Shown here piece after piece: positions 18,114 through 27,150 of a stretch of DNA of 64,000 nt. This DNA comes from Bryobacterales bacterium (lineage in GTDB: Bacteria; Acidobacteriota; Terriglobia; Bryobacterales; UBA6623): positions 75,957 through 139,956 of the forward strand of contig JAPPMC010000191.1 of the NCBI GenBank assembly GCA_028819235.1, in the 5' to 3' direction. The position numbers and the translations under genes are program-made. Under the pieces are notes generated by a model that saw nothing but the letters and a program-made list of their open reading frames with translations, was not told the DNA's origin and made no database searches. Every line of letters starts with the position of its first letter. Positions within the stretch are counted from its first letter, which is position 1.

Positions 18114-18692
18114 TTATGGAGCGGTGGCCCGGTTCGCCTCTCCGTGGCCGTCCGTCGCGAACCGGGCGCATGGCATGTGGACAAGGTACAGGCCAGCAAA
18201 TATCTTCGGGTCGATCAGGCAACCGTCGGCTTGGCGTTCCCATAGCCACGCGCTCGCACGTCCCAAGGGCACGCGATGGACAACGATGTCCTCGCCGTCC
18301 ACTCCGCCGCCCTCGCCAACCCTCTCCAGGCCTGTCGCGCTCACGAATGACACGACCTCGCTCGTCATGCCGCCAGAACTCGGGGCCTGCACCAGAACCT
18401 CCAGATTCGCGGCCCGATACCCGGTCTCTTCCTCGAGTTCCCGGTTCGCGGCTTCCAGCAGTCCTTCCTCTGCCAGATGAGGCTCGTCTCCCACAAGGCC
18501 GGCGGGCAGCTCCACCATCCGTGCCTGCACAGGGATTCGGAACTGCTCGACCAGCACGATTTCGCCCCGGTCCGTTATCGGCACAAGGACCGCCACATCC
18601 CGCACGCCAATTCGCTCGACGTACTCCCATGCTCCGCGTCGCACCAGCCGCAGGAAGCGGCCAGCACCGATTGTTGCGGGGCCTCTGCTCAC
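18114..18692 (-). CDS. NUDIX hydrolase (ADP-ribose pyrophosphatase-like)
   Basis: Nudix box GLVGDEPHLAEEGLLEAANRELEEETGY. The GTG start overlaps the pncA stop (GTGA). Confidence 0.85.
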   Translation of the reverse strand: MSRGPATIGAGRFLRLVRRGAWEYVERIGVRDVAVLVPITDRGEIVLVEQFRIPVQARMVELPAGLVGDEPHLAEEGLLEAANRELEEETGYRAANLEVLVQAPSSGGMTSEVVSFVSATGLERVGEGGGVDGEDIVVHRVPLGRASAWLWERQADGCLIDPKIFAGLYLVHMPCARFATDGHGEANRATAP

Positions 18693-19339
18693 TTGAAGTC
18701 TCCCGCGCGGACGATCCCGACTCCCGCCGAGCGCATCTCCTGACAGGCGCGGTCGATGTCGCCGGCTGAGAGGTCAATGCCCCGGCAGCCATCGGCGATC
18801 AGAACCGTCCGCAGCCCGAGCGAGACAGCGTCTAGGGCGCTGAACTTGACGCAATAGTCCGTCGCAAGCCCCATCAGCGCCACCGATCCGATGCCTAGTC
18901 GATGGAGGTGCTCGGCAAGACCCGTTGACCGGCGACGGGCATTGTCGAAGAAGGCACTGTAGCTGTCAACATTCCTGTCAAGGCCCTTCCTGAAGACCGC
19001 ATCGATTCTCCTCCGATCGATGGACGCGTGAAAGTCCGCCCCAGGCGACCGCTGGACGCAGTGATCCGGCCAAAGCACCTGCTCGAGCCCGTCGATCTCC
19101 ACAATGTCCCCCGGCCGGTGGCCGGCGTGCTGGGATGCAAAGCTCAGGTGATTCGCAGGGTGCCAGTCCTGGCTGGCCACCACGTAGCCGAACAAGGTGG
19201 CGAGCTCGTTCGCGACTTCGACCACTTCGTCCCCATCGGGAACCGGTAAGGCTCCACCTGGCATGAAGTCATTCTGCAGGTCGACCAGGATCAGGCAATC
19301 CAACGACCGAGGGTTCTCTGCCATCTCCCCTACCTCCAA
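18689..19339 (-). CDS. pncA: nicotinamidase/pyrazinamidase (isochorismatase family)
   Basis: LILVDLQNDFMPGGALPV, WPDHCV and the catalytic Cys context GLATDYCV. Confidence 0.88.
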   Translation of the reverse strand: MEVGEMAENPRSLDCLILVDLQNDFMPGGALPVPDGDEVVEVANELATLFGYVVASQDWHPANHLSFASQHAGHRPGDIVEIDGLEQVLWPDHCVQRSPGADFHASIDRRRIDAVFRKGLDRNVDSYSAFFDNARRRSTGLAEHLHRLGIGSVALMGLATDYCVKFSALDAVSLGLRTVLIADGCRGIDLSAGDIDRACQEMRSAGVGIVRAGDFK

Positions 19340-19343
19340 CTGA

Positions 19344-20240
19344 TCATCCGGACCTGTCGGTCATATGGCTCCGCAGATAAGCCCGAAGCCGGGATCCGTG
19401 CTCGGCGTCCGCCAAGGCGAACCGAAAGAACGTTTCGTAGTAGCTGCGAAGGTTGCCGATGTCGTAGCGCTCTTCCCCGCGACGGAGCCGCACGCCGATG
19501 ACTTTGCCACCACCTTCTGCAATCGATCGGATGGCATCGGTCAGCTGGATCTCGCCATTGGCGTCGGGACGGACATCCTGCAGTGCCTGGAATATTGTCG
19601 GAGAGAAGATGTACCGCCCCGCTACGGCAAGTCGGCTTGGGGCCGCCTTCGGCTCTGGCTTCTCGACGATCGTGGCCACGCGGAAGACTTCTCCAACCGC
19701 CATGGGCCGGACAATTCCGTAGGAAGCGACTTGGTCCGGACGGACCTCCTCCACGGCCACGGCCGCGTCAGCGCCCCACTCCACGAAGACTCGAGCTGTT
19801 CGTCGGGTTGCGGTGGCACCGCCCCGAAGGCCGATGATCGAGTCTCCCAGAGCCACGATGAAGGGCTCGTTGCCTACGAAAGCTCGCCCGTGTTGGATCG
19901 CGTCTCCAAGTCCTCTTGGCACTGGCTGACGCGTGTAGTAGACGTTCGGCACCAGCTGCGAGGCATCGACGGACGGGACAAGGTCCTGCTTGCCTGATTT
20001 GCGCAGAGCCTCGATCAGGTCGGGATCCGGTTCGAAGTGGTCTTCTATGGACCCCTTGCCCCGGGCGGTGACGAAGAGCAGGTCCCGCACACCGGCGTGC
20101 GCAAGCTCTTCGACGACATGCTGGACGACCGGCTTTCCGCCCACCGGCAGCATTTCCTTGGGCTGCGCCTTTGTGGCAGGGAGCAGCCGCGTCCCCCGAC
20201 CCGCCACGGGGACGAGTGCCTTGTCGATTAGCCCGGCCAT
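19344..20240 (-). CDS. galU: UTP--glucose-1-phosphate uridylyltransferase
   Basis: KALVPVAGRGTRLLPATKAQPKEMLPV N-terminal signature. About 298 aa. Confidence 0.9.
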   Translation of the reverse strand: MAGLIDKALVPVAGRGTRLLPATKAQPKEMLPVGGKPVVQHVVEELAHAGVRDLLFVTARGKGSIEDHFEPDPDLIEALRKSGKQDLVPSVDASQLVPNVYYTRQPVPRGLGDAIQHGRAFVGNEPFIVALGDSIIGLRGGATATRRTARVFVEWGADAAVAVEEVRPDQVASYGIVRPMAVGEVFRVATIVEKPEPKAAPSRLAVAGRYIFSPTIFQALQDVRPDANGEIQLTDAIRSIAEGGGKVIGVRLRRGEERYDIGNLRSYYETFFRFALADAEHGSRLRAYLRSHMTDRSG

Positions 20241-20249
20241 GCTGCGGGG

Positions 20250-21134
20250 TCAGCTGGCCTTGGCAACGTTGCCGACGACGTCCTCAAGGGGGAAGCTGTT
20301 GTCCCAGAAGTCGTTGAACAGGGTACGCATCGCGCTGCCCAAGCTGCGATGCTCGAATACCAAGGCCGTAAACTTGCGGTGGCTGACGACGGGATCGTCC
20401 AGAGAGATCATGCCGCTTCGGCTGTCGAAGAGCGCCAGCTTGAGAGGAATGTCCCGGCCGAGGCGGACCTCGGCCCCGGCCGTCTGGAGGGTTACGAGTT
20501 TCTCCCCGCCGCTGGAGTCCTCGAGATCGCTGAAGTCAAAGAGCAGTCTGCAGGCCATTCCCTTGTCGGCGAGCTTCTGGACGATTGGTTCTCTTCCCGG
20601 GTCAACGCCGTACGGCCGGCGCGCGAACTCCACATACTCGTTCTCCGTGCGCACCAGCATTCCGCGGTATTCCTCCACGATCTGGCGTGTGTCCGTAATG
20701 ATGCGGAGGTAGTTCAGGGAGCCGTGGCCGTTTGAGCCGGCCAAAAACACGCCCGCAAGCTCGTCGCTTAGCGTCTTGGCGAGCCGCTCGCGGTCTTCCC
20801 ATTCCCGCAAGAACCGCTCTCGGCGCCGGCCAAGATAGCTTGACAGAGCCAGGCGAGGCTCGACGGCGGAGAACTTCTTGGTCTTGCCGTGCACGACCCT
20901 GACGAAGCCCTTGTCGACAAGGCCGTTGAGCACTTCGTAGATCTTGGCGCGCGGAATCCTCGCCCGGCTGGCAACGTCCAGAGCCTTGAACTGAACGTGA
21001 CCGATGAGGACCAGATAGGCGTTCGACTCGTACGAATTGAGGCCTATATCGTGCAGCCGACGCGCCTGTGCCGTCAAGTCGACCAAGAACCAGATTATAC
21101 CGGCATCGATCCCCGAGCATGGTTCAGCCGCCAC
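20250..21134 (-). CDS. TrmB-family transcriptional regulator
   Basis: wHTH segment GLNSYESNAYLVLIGHVQFKALDVASRARIPRAKIYEVLNGLVDKGFV followed by a TrmB C-terminal-like domain. The true start is possibly downstream of 21134. Confidence 0.75.
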   Translation of the reverse strand: MAAEPCSGIDAGIIWFLVDLTAQARRLHDIGLNSYESNAYLVLIGHVQFKALDVASRARIPRAKIYEVLNGLVDKGFVRVVHGKTKKFSAVEPRLALSSYLGRRRERFLREWEDRERLAKTLSDELAGVFLAGSNGHGSLNYLRIITDTRQIVEEYRGMLVRTENEYVEFARRPYGVDPGREPIVQKLADKGMACRLLFDFSDLEDSSGGEKLVTLQTAGAEVRLGRDIPLKLALFDSRSGMISLDDPVVSHRKFTALVFEHRSLGSAMRTLFNDFWDNSFPLEDVVGNVAKAS

Positions 21135-21167
21135 TTCGGGCAGCCGCGGGTTCGGACAGGGCGATGG

Positions 21168-22220
21168 CTATGGTTCTGCTTCGACGGTTGGGGGGAAGTA
21201 ACCGCGTCGATGGTAGACCTCAACTGCCGCCCCTGCCAGCCCGAGCTCCACCTCAATCAGGCGAAACCTCCTGTCGGAGAAGGGCCGGGCCGGGACGTAC
21301 CCTAGAATGTACTGGCTCGAGACGTTCCCGGCCACGTCCAGGATGGCCTTGTACAGAGCTTGGAGCTGAGCGGCGGCGTACCCGCCTGTCCCAACTTCGT
21401 ACTGGTAGTTGCCGGCATCCTGAGGCTTGGAGAGGTACCCGGAAACGTCCTTGTGGACGTCTTGCATCGGCCTGACGACGCGTCCGCCGGTCTCCCCAGC
21501 CAGCCGCACGAGGTTCGCCTCTTCGGCGTGGTGGTAACCCCAGCCGACCGTGCTGACGGCGTAGATCGTCACCTGGTGCAGCTGGGCCGCGAAGATCACC
21601 TCGTCGATCGAACGCTTGCTGGCGTTGTCGTGGCCGTCGCCAATGACGACCACAACCTTGCGAGGCTCGCTGGCGCCCTGGTACGGGATCGAGACGAGTT
21701 TCTCAGTGCACGCGCGGTAGATCGCGTCGAACATCGCACTGCCGCCGCCGTGCTTGAGGCTCTCCATCCGCTCGGTGAGAGTTACTGGATCGTTGGTGAA
21801 GTCGACCAGCTCGTCGACCTCGGTGTGATATCCGAAGAGGAAGCCCTGATTGCGGCCACCCTCGGGTACGAGCATCCAAGCGAGGTCACCAATTGAAGTC
21901 TGGTAGGTCTTGTAGTAGAGCCTGGCGGTGTTACTGAGGTCGATGATGAAGCCGGCATAGAGTGGCGGCTTCTTCTCCTCCTCCACACTGCGGGTGAAGT
22001 AGCGGATCTCTACTTCCTCGCCATCTTCCCAGACCGTGAAGTCATCCTTGTTCAGGTCGGCGATGAACAACCCCTGCGAGTCCGTGACGGTCACCGGAAG
22101 GTTGACGACGTTGACCTCGACCCTGATGGTGTCCCCGTCAGTCGTCTCTGGCGACTGTGCCAGGCCGGCTGGGAGGAGGGCCACCAGTGCGAGCACGCAA
22201 ATCCGCCTTCCCCGTCCCAT
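21168..22220 (-). CDS. VWA domain protein with VWFA-related acidobacterial N-terminal domain (TIGR03436-like)
   Basis: Signal peptide. IRVEVNVVNLPVTVTDSQGLFIADLNKDDFTVWEDGEEVEIRYF. Later VVVIGDGHDNASK. Confidence 0.85.
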   Translation of the reverse strand: MGRGRRICVLALVALLPAGLAQSPETTDGDTIRVEVNVVNLPVTVTDSQGLFIADLNKDDFTVWEDGEEVEIRYFTRSVEEEKKPPLYAGFIIDLSNTARLYYKTYQTSIGDLAWMLVPEGGRNQGFLFGYHTEVDELVDFTNDPVTLTERMESLKHGGGSAMFDAIYRACTEKLVSIPYQGASEPRKVVVVIGDGHDNASKRSIDEVIFAAQLHQVTIYAVSTVGWGYHHAEEANLVRLAGETGGRVVRPMQDVHKDVSGYLSKPQDAGNYQYEVGTGGYAAAQLQALYKAILDVAGNVSSQYILGYVPARPFSDRRFRLIEVELGLAGAAVEVYHRRGYFPPTVEAEP

Positions 22221-22607
22221 GGAGTACCCATTCTAGCCGAAGCAGTGTCCGAACGGTTGGGAAACGGCGCAGATTTGCCCTAGGAGCGGGGTTCGCGGGC
22301 GCCGGTTGTGTTCGGGCCGAGGCGGGCCGTTCGACGACTGCGCCTTGAAGCTTTGGCCGCCGGTACTTAGGTACGACGGATCGCCTCAAATTGGGGAGCG
22401 AGCGTGCCAATGGCGCGCTCCGAATCCGTCGGCCCCTTGTAGTCGAGCGCCGGCGCGGAGCTAGGCCAAGGCGGCAGGCTGGACCACAAGCGCAGTGCCA
22501 AGGTTCGACTTCCCGTCCCCGTTCCTCTCCGCGGGCGCCTCGCACGCGAAATCTCCGACCCAAAAAAGGCACGTTGCTACCATGTAGCTTCGGGCGATTG
22601 CGGCAAG

Positions 22608-23441
22608 ATGCAGGACTTCTTGGAGTGGGCGCCTTCTGGCAGCCGAGAGCATCGCTTGGCGTGCAAGTTGCGGCCGAGTCGTCTGCCGCGCCACATTGCG
22701 GTGATCATGGACGGCAACGGGAGGTGGGCAAGAGAACGGCTCCTTCCCCGGGCCGCAGGCCACCGGGCAGGTGTGGGCCCAGTTCGGGAAATCATCGAGG
22801 CTTGCTGTCGCCTAGGCATCCGGGCGCTCACGCTGTACGCGTTTTCCGTCGAGAACTGGAAGCGTCCCAAAGCGGAAATCGAGACGTTGTGGGTCCTCTT
22901 GCGGAGGTACCTTCGCAAGGAACTCCCCGAGCTCAAGGCGAACGGGGTGCGCTTCCAGACGATCGGCAAGGTCGACGAACTGCCAACTGAGGTTTGCGAC
23001 GACATTGACAACGCCATCCTGGAGACGGCCGCCAACGACGGTATGCGGCTGAACGTAGCACTCAACTATAGTGGCCGCTCCGAAATCGTCGAAGCGGTCA
23101 ATGCCCTGCTCCGCACTTCCCACGGGCACATCGAGCCGCTGCAGGTGGACGAGCGGTCTTTCGGTCAGATGCTGTACGCTCCGCAGTGCGGCGATCCCGA
23201 CCTGCTGATTCGGACTTCCGGTGAGTTCCGGATCAGTAATTTCCTGCTTTGGCAGATCGCGTACTCCGAGATCTGGATGACTGAGCGGTACTGGCCGGAC
23301 TTCCGGACCACCGACCTGCTCGAAGCGCTGTTGGAGTATCAACGACGAAACCGGCGCTTCGGGGGACTGCCCGAACCGCCGACGGGACCCGCCCGCGGGC
23401 GGGTGAGCGTCCGCCGGACCCTACTGTCAGTGGCCGACTGA
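22608..23441 (+). CDS. uppS: isoprenyl transferase / undecaprenyl diphosphate synthase
   Basis: HIAVIMDGNGRWA, AFSVENWKRP and RTSGEFRISNFLLWQIAYSE. Confidence 0.92.
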   Translation: MQDFLEWAPSGSREHRLACKLRPSRLPRHIAVIMDGNGRWARERLLPRAAGHRAGVGPVREIIEACCRLGIRALTLYAFSVENWKRPKAEIETLWVLLRRYLRKELPELKANGVRFQTIGKVDELPTEVCDDIDNAILETAANDGMRLNVALNYSGRSEIVEAVNALLRTSHGHIEPLQVDERSFGQMLYAPQCGDPDLLIRTSGEFRISNFLLWQIAYSEIWMTERYWPDFRTTDLLEALLEYQRRNRRFGGLPEPPTGPARGRVSVRRTLLSVAD

Positions 23442-23451
23442 GGTTGGCTTC

Positions 23452-24225
23452 TTGGCGCGAGTCCTAACCGGGTCCCTTTTAGCGCTCGGGGCGTGGGCGC
23501 TTGCCTTCCACGGTCCCGCAGTGCTCTTGGTAGCGGTGCTTGTGGCAGTGGGCTTGGGGGCCTTGCGCGAATTCTATGCCCTCGCCCGGGCTGGCGGACT
23601 AACGGCAATGGCCCCTGCCGGCTACGCAGCCGTCGTGATCTGGCTGCTCGTTCCCAGCCTTGACCGCGGGCTTCTGGCCACCTTGCTGCTGTTGGGACTC
23701 CTCGCCGCGGGAACCCTCGCCAGATTCCCCAAGGAACGGCTGCTAGCAACCGTCACCGTCACACTTGGCGGAGCAATCTATGTCGCGGGCCCGGTTCATT
23801 CCGGCATACAGCTCCACGCGGCCTCGCCGCACTGGCTGGTGTACGTCCTTGCTCTGGTTGGCATTGGTGACTCGGTGGCCCTAGGCATTGGCCGATGGAT
23901 TGGTCGTCACCCGCTGTCAGTCTCGCTCAGCCCACGGAAGACGTGGGAGGGAACGGTCTCGTCAGCCATCGCAAGCACGGTGGCCGGTGCATCGTACTTG
24001 GTGGTGTTCCTCGGCCAGGAGGCAGGCATCGTTGCCATTGCCCTGTCCTTGTGTGTTAACGTCGCCGGCCAGATCGGCGACTTGGTCGAGTCGGCTTTGA
24101 AGCGGGCGGCGAATGTGAAGGACAGCGGTGACGTTCTCCCTGGGCATGGCGGACTGCTGGACCGAGTCGACGGTCTGATCTTCGCGCTGCCGGTCGTGCA
24201 CGTCTACCTACTGCTGTTCGGTTAG
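23452..24225 (+). CDS. cdsA: phosphatidate cytidylyltransferase
   Basis: Multi-TM protein with SALKRAANVKDSGDVLPGHGGLLDRVDGLIF. TTG start 10 nt after uppS. Confidence 0.9.
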   Translation: MARVLTGSLLALGAWALAFHGPAVLLVAVLVAVGLGALREFYALARAGGLTAMAPAGYAAVVIWLLVPSLDRGLLATLLLLGLLAAGTLARFPKERLLATVTVTLGGAIYVAGPVHSGIQLHAASPHWLVYVLALVGIGDSVALGIGRWIGRHPLSVSLSPRKTWEGTVSSAIASTVAGASYLVVFLGQEAGIVAIALSLCVNVAGQIGDLVESALKRAANVKDSGDVLPGHGGLLDRVDGLIFALPVVHVYLLLFG

Positions 24226-24474
24226 TCGAGCGCGACAGGGACGGATCAATTCTCGGTGGGGTTGGCCAGGATCCTCAGGTTCGCGCCCCGAGGGCAACCC
24301 GCACGTCCGACCGTGCACACCGAATTGCGGCCAGCCGAAGGGTGCCCACCAGCTACACGACCAACTGGAAGATGCTTGACCTGATGCGGTCTCTGGTTCC
24401 GCCGGCATACTCCATCCTTGGTAACAACCTGCAGGAAACGGGCTGGCTTCTTGATATCAGATGCAGCCTTCTAT

Positions 24475-24502
24475 TTGACACGTTCTGTGCATTACGTAAT
24501 GT
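24475..24502 (+). promoter_or_regulatory. candidate sigma70-type promoter inside the cdsA-dnaB gap
   Basis: TTGACA (24475-24480), 16-nt spacer, TAATGT (24497-24502), in an AT-rich island. No ORF follows. Confidence 0.3.
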
Positions 24503-24506
24503 TATG

Positions 24507-24830
24507 CATTAGGTTTTGGCCGACGTGCCGCGTTGGGGAGAGCAACCGCCAGCACGTGTTCCAAACCAAGGCGGAACTGGCAGTCGCCTTCGGGAGGCAA
24601 GGCGCCCGCGGCGCTTCGGAGCATCCGGGTCCCCATGAAGTTGTGCCCGGCGGGACCCATGCGGTTCGGCACACGGGTCGCTGGATAGGTTGACAATCGG
24701 CGCACCTCCGGCCTAGCCGGTCGCGATCAGCCGCATCACCTCCACCAGGCCCAGGCAGAATGGCGTGACGCGGCAGAATCGGATCCCGCTTTCCGCCGCC
24801 GTCTAGAGGCAGAAATGTCAAAACCTAATG
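24507..24830. repeat. exact 12-nt inverted repeat CATTAGGTTTTG / CAAAACCTAATG bracketing 300 nt
   Basis: 24507-24518 and 24819-24830 are perfect reverse complements. Adjacent perfect palindromes are CATTACGTAATG (24490-24501) and CCTAATGTG-C-CACATTAGG (24824-24842). Confidence 0.8.
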
Positions 24831-25486
24831 TGCCACATTAGGTGGGTCTCGGAGCATTGCGCGCTCATCAGACTGCGACGTTGGCCGCACCGATGGTCTG
24901 GGCCCTCGTTGGGCCCTCTTCATTCGCCCGCGTACGTCCGCGGTCCTACGACCGCCCCTCGCTCACGCCTTGGAACTCTGAGATTGCCATCCTTGCCTTT
25001 TGGTCGGCTTCTGCGTTGGTCGGCTTGGCGATCGATCGCACGCGAATCCCGCTCGGCAGCCAGGATGGCGGCGGGCCGGCTCGCGAGTCCACAGTTAGGG
25101 GGTCATTTGCGGAGCGTGTCGTCTGACCGGCACTAGCGTGAGATGGCCGCCCTCTCGAGCGACAGCAGAGCACATTCCGCTTTCTAGTGATCGAGCGTTG
25201 CGGAATCAGTGGCATGCATCAGATTCGATCGGCGAGCCTGACTTCGGCCCGTCGTCTGCAGGACTGGACAATTGTGCAACCCTGTCCTGTCCACGAGGCT
25301 AAGCGGCCTGCGCGGATGCACTCATTGCGAGTGGGCACGCCGTTCGCCAGTCCGGAACATTGGAAACGTGCGGGCGCTATCATGGGCTGCGCGAGGCAGT
25401 GTCGGGACGTAAGGCGACGTGCGCGTGGATCCGGGCAACTAGTAGGTCGAAAGGAGTCCGCGACCAACCCCGTTCTTGGTCTGTCG

Positions 25487-27013
25487 ATGGGGACCAAAGC
25501 TAGGCCTGCCCCGCGACCAGAAGGCTTCGCTGCTGCGATGGATCTGACGCGACCGGAAGGGGACGGTCCGCACCTCGAGGGCGGTCAGAACCAACGAGCC
25601 CCCGACTCGGTGGTAGAGCGTGGTGTCCCCACGAGCATCGAAGGCGAGAAGTTTGTGCTTGGGACGATCCTGCTCGACGACCTCAAGTTCGCTGAAGTTG
25701 CCGGCAGGATCGCCGAGGATGATTTCTTCACTGAGAGGCATCGTTGCATCTTTGCCAGCATGCGAGGAATCTACGAGCGCGGGGAGCGCATCGAGTATTT
25801 GGGTCTTCTGAACGAGCTCAATAAGCACGGCCACATCGAGAAGGCTGGCGGCGCGGCGTACGTTGCCTCGCTGACGGACGGCATGCCCCGGGGCGAATTC
25901 CTGACCGGCTATCTGAAGATCGTCAAGGACAAGGCGATCCTCCGAAGGCTGATCAACACGGCAAACTCTATCGTCTCGGACGGATCCAGGGCGGACCGCG
26001 AAGTCGATGAGATCCTCGCGGACGCCGAGACGTCGATCCTCAAGATCGGCAATGAAGTCCTGCGGTCCGGTCTGGCGACTCCCAAGGAGACCGTGGATGA
26101 GTTCCCCGGCGGGCTCGATGCGTTCTTGGACCCGTCCAAACGCCAAAAGGGTATCTCGAGCCCATACACGGATCTCGAGAGGATGACCAACGGGTTCCTG
26201 CCGGGGCAGCTGATCATCCTCGCAGCTAGGCCGGCCATGGGAAAGACTGCGATGGCGCTCAACATCGCCACGCACGTGGCTGACCCTAATCGGGCCGAAG
26301 GGGGAAAGGTCGTCGCCCTTTTCTCGCTCGAAATGTCTCGCGAGGCGCTGCTGACCCGCGTTCTCTGCTCTGAAGCGCGGGTCGACCACCTCCAGTTCCG
26401 GCGCGGCAAACTGAGGCGCGAGAAGCGCGAGCGCCTCCAGAGAGCTCTAGGAAGGCTCGTCAACTACAAGCTGTACATCGACGATACCTCCGAGCTGAGC
26501 GTCTTCGAACTGGGGGCGAAGTGCCGCCGCCTCCAATCCGAAGCAGGCCTCGATCTGGTGATCGTGGACTACCTGCAGCTGATGGCGTCTAAGGGGAGGA
26601 TCGAGAGCCGCGTCCATGAGATCTCGGCGTTCTCACGTGGACTGAAGCTGTTGGCCAAGGACTTGCAGGTGCCACTGGTCGCTCTCTCGCAGCTCAGCCG
26701 CGGGCCCGAGAGCAAGGGGCGCAAGGATGCACGCCCACGGTTGAGCGATCTTCGCGACTCTGGTTCCATCGAGCAAGATGCCGACGTCGTCTGCTTCATA
26801 TACCGCGCGTCCATCTATAAGCCCGACAGCCCCGAACTCCAAGGTCGCGCTGAACTGATCGTCGGAAAGCAACGAAACGGCCCGACCGGGACAGTTCACT
26901 TGGCCTTCTTGGACAAATTCGCGTCATTCTCCAACCTAGAGACCACCGATCGTCAGGAGCCGGAGATGATTTCACCGATGCCCTCCGACGCGGACGAACC
27001 GGTGCCGTTCTAA
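25487..27013 (+). CDS. dnaB: replicative DNA helicase
   Basis: N-terminal domain EGEKFVLGTILLD...FFTERHRCIF. Walker A LAARPAMGKTAMALNIA. SLEMS, DYLQLM, SQLSRGPE, GKQRNGPTG. The track ORF starts at 25187, but that extension is not protein-like. ATG 25487 or 25538 is the likely start. Confidence 0.92.
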   Translation: MGTKARPAPRPEGFAAAMDLTRPEGDGPHLEGGQNQRAPDSVVERGVPTSIEGEKFVLGTILLDDLKFAEVAGRIAEDDFFTERHRCIFASMRGIYERGERIEYLGLLNELNKHGHIEKAGGAAYVASLTDGMPRGEFLTGYLKIVKDKAILRRLINTANSIVSDGSRADREVDEILADAETSILKIGNEVLRSGLATPKETVDEFPGGLDAFLDPSKRQKGISSPYTDLERMTNGFLPGQLIILAARPAMGKTAMALNIATHVADPNRAEGGKVVALFSLEMSREALLTRVLCSEARVDHLQFRRGKLRREKRERLQRALGRLVNYKLYIDDTSELSVFELGAKCRRLQSEAGLDLVIVDYLQLMASKGRIESRVHEISAFSRGLKLLAKDLQVPLVALSQLSRGPESKGRKDARPRLSDLRDSGSIEQDADVVCFIYRASIYKPDSPELQGRAELIVGKQRNGPTGTVHLAFLDKFASFSNLETTDRQEPEMISPMPSDADEPVPF

Positions 27014-27150
27014 TCTTCCTTCCCGAGTTCCCGTCCCGATACGGCAGCGTGTGTTGGGCAATCCACGAGGGAGCGTCGATGAGGACATGCACCGAATCAG
27101 CAGAGAAGCCCCCCATCTGTCTAGACTAGAGTCGTGCGCGGAGCGTTGCA

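Noticed and set aside
24265-24305. T-arm-like CCTCAGG-TTCGCGC-CCCGAGG that hinted at a tRNA or tRNA fragment (att site).
   Set aside because: No matching acceptor stem, D-arm or anticodon arm in the right positions. The loop deviates from TTCRANY.
24731-24750. CCTCCACCA string resembling a tmRNA/tRNA 3' end.
   Set aside because: No preceding T-arm, no GGGG... 5' partner, and no tag reading frame.
25187-25486. 100-codon N-terminal extension of the dnaB ORF, and antisense ORF 25439..26389.
   Set aside because: The extension (MIERCGISGMHQIRSASL...RRRARGSGQ) is not DnaB-like and has poor composition. DnaB homology begins after ATG 25487. The 316-aa ORF is antisense to dnaB.
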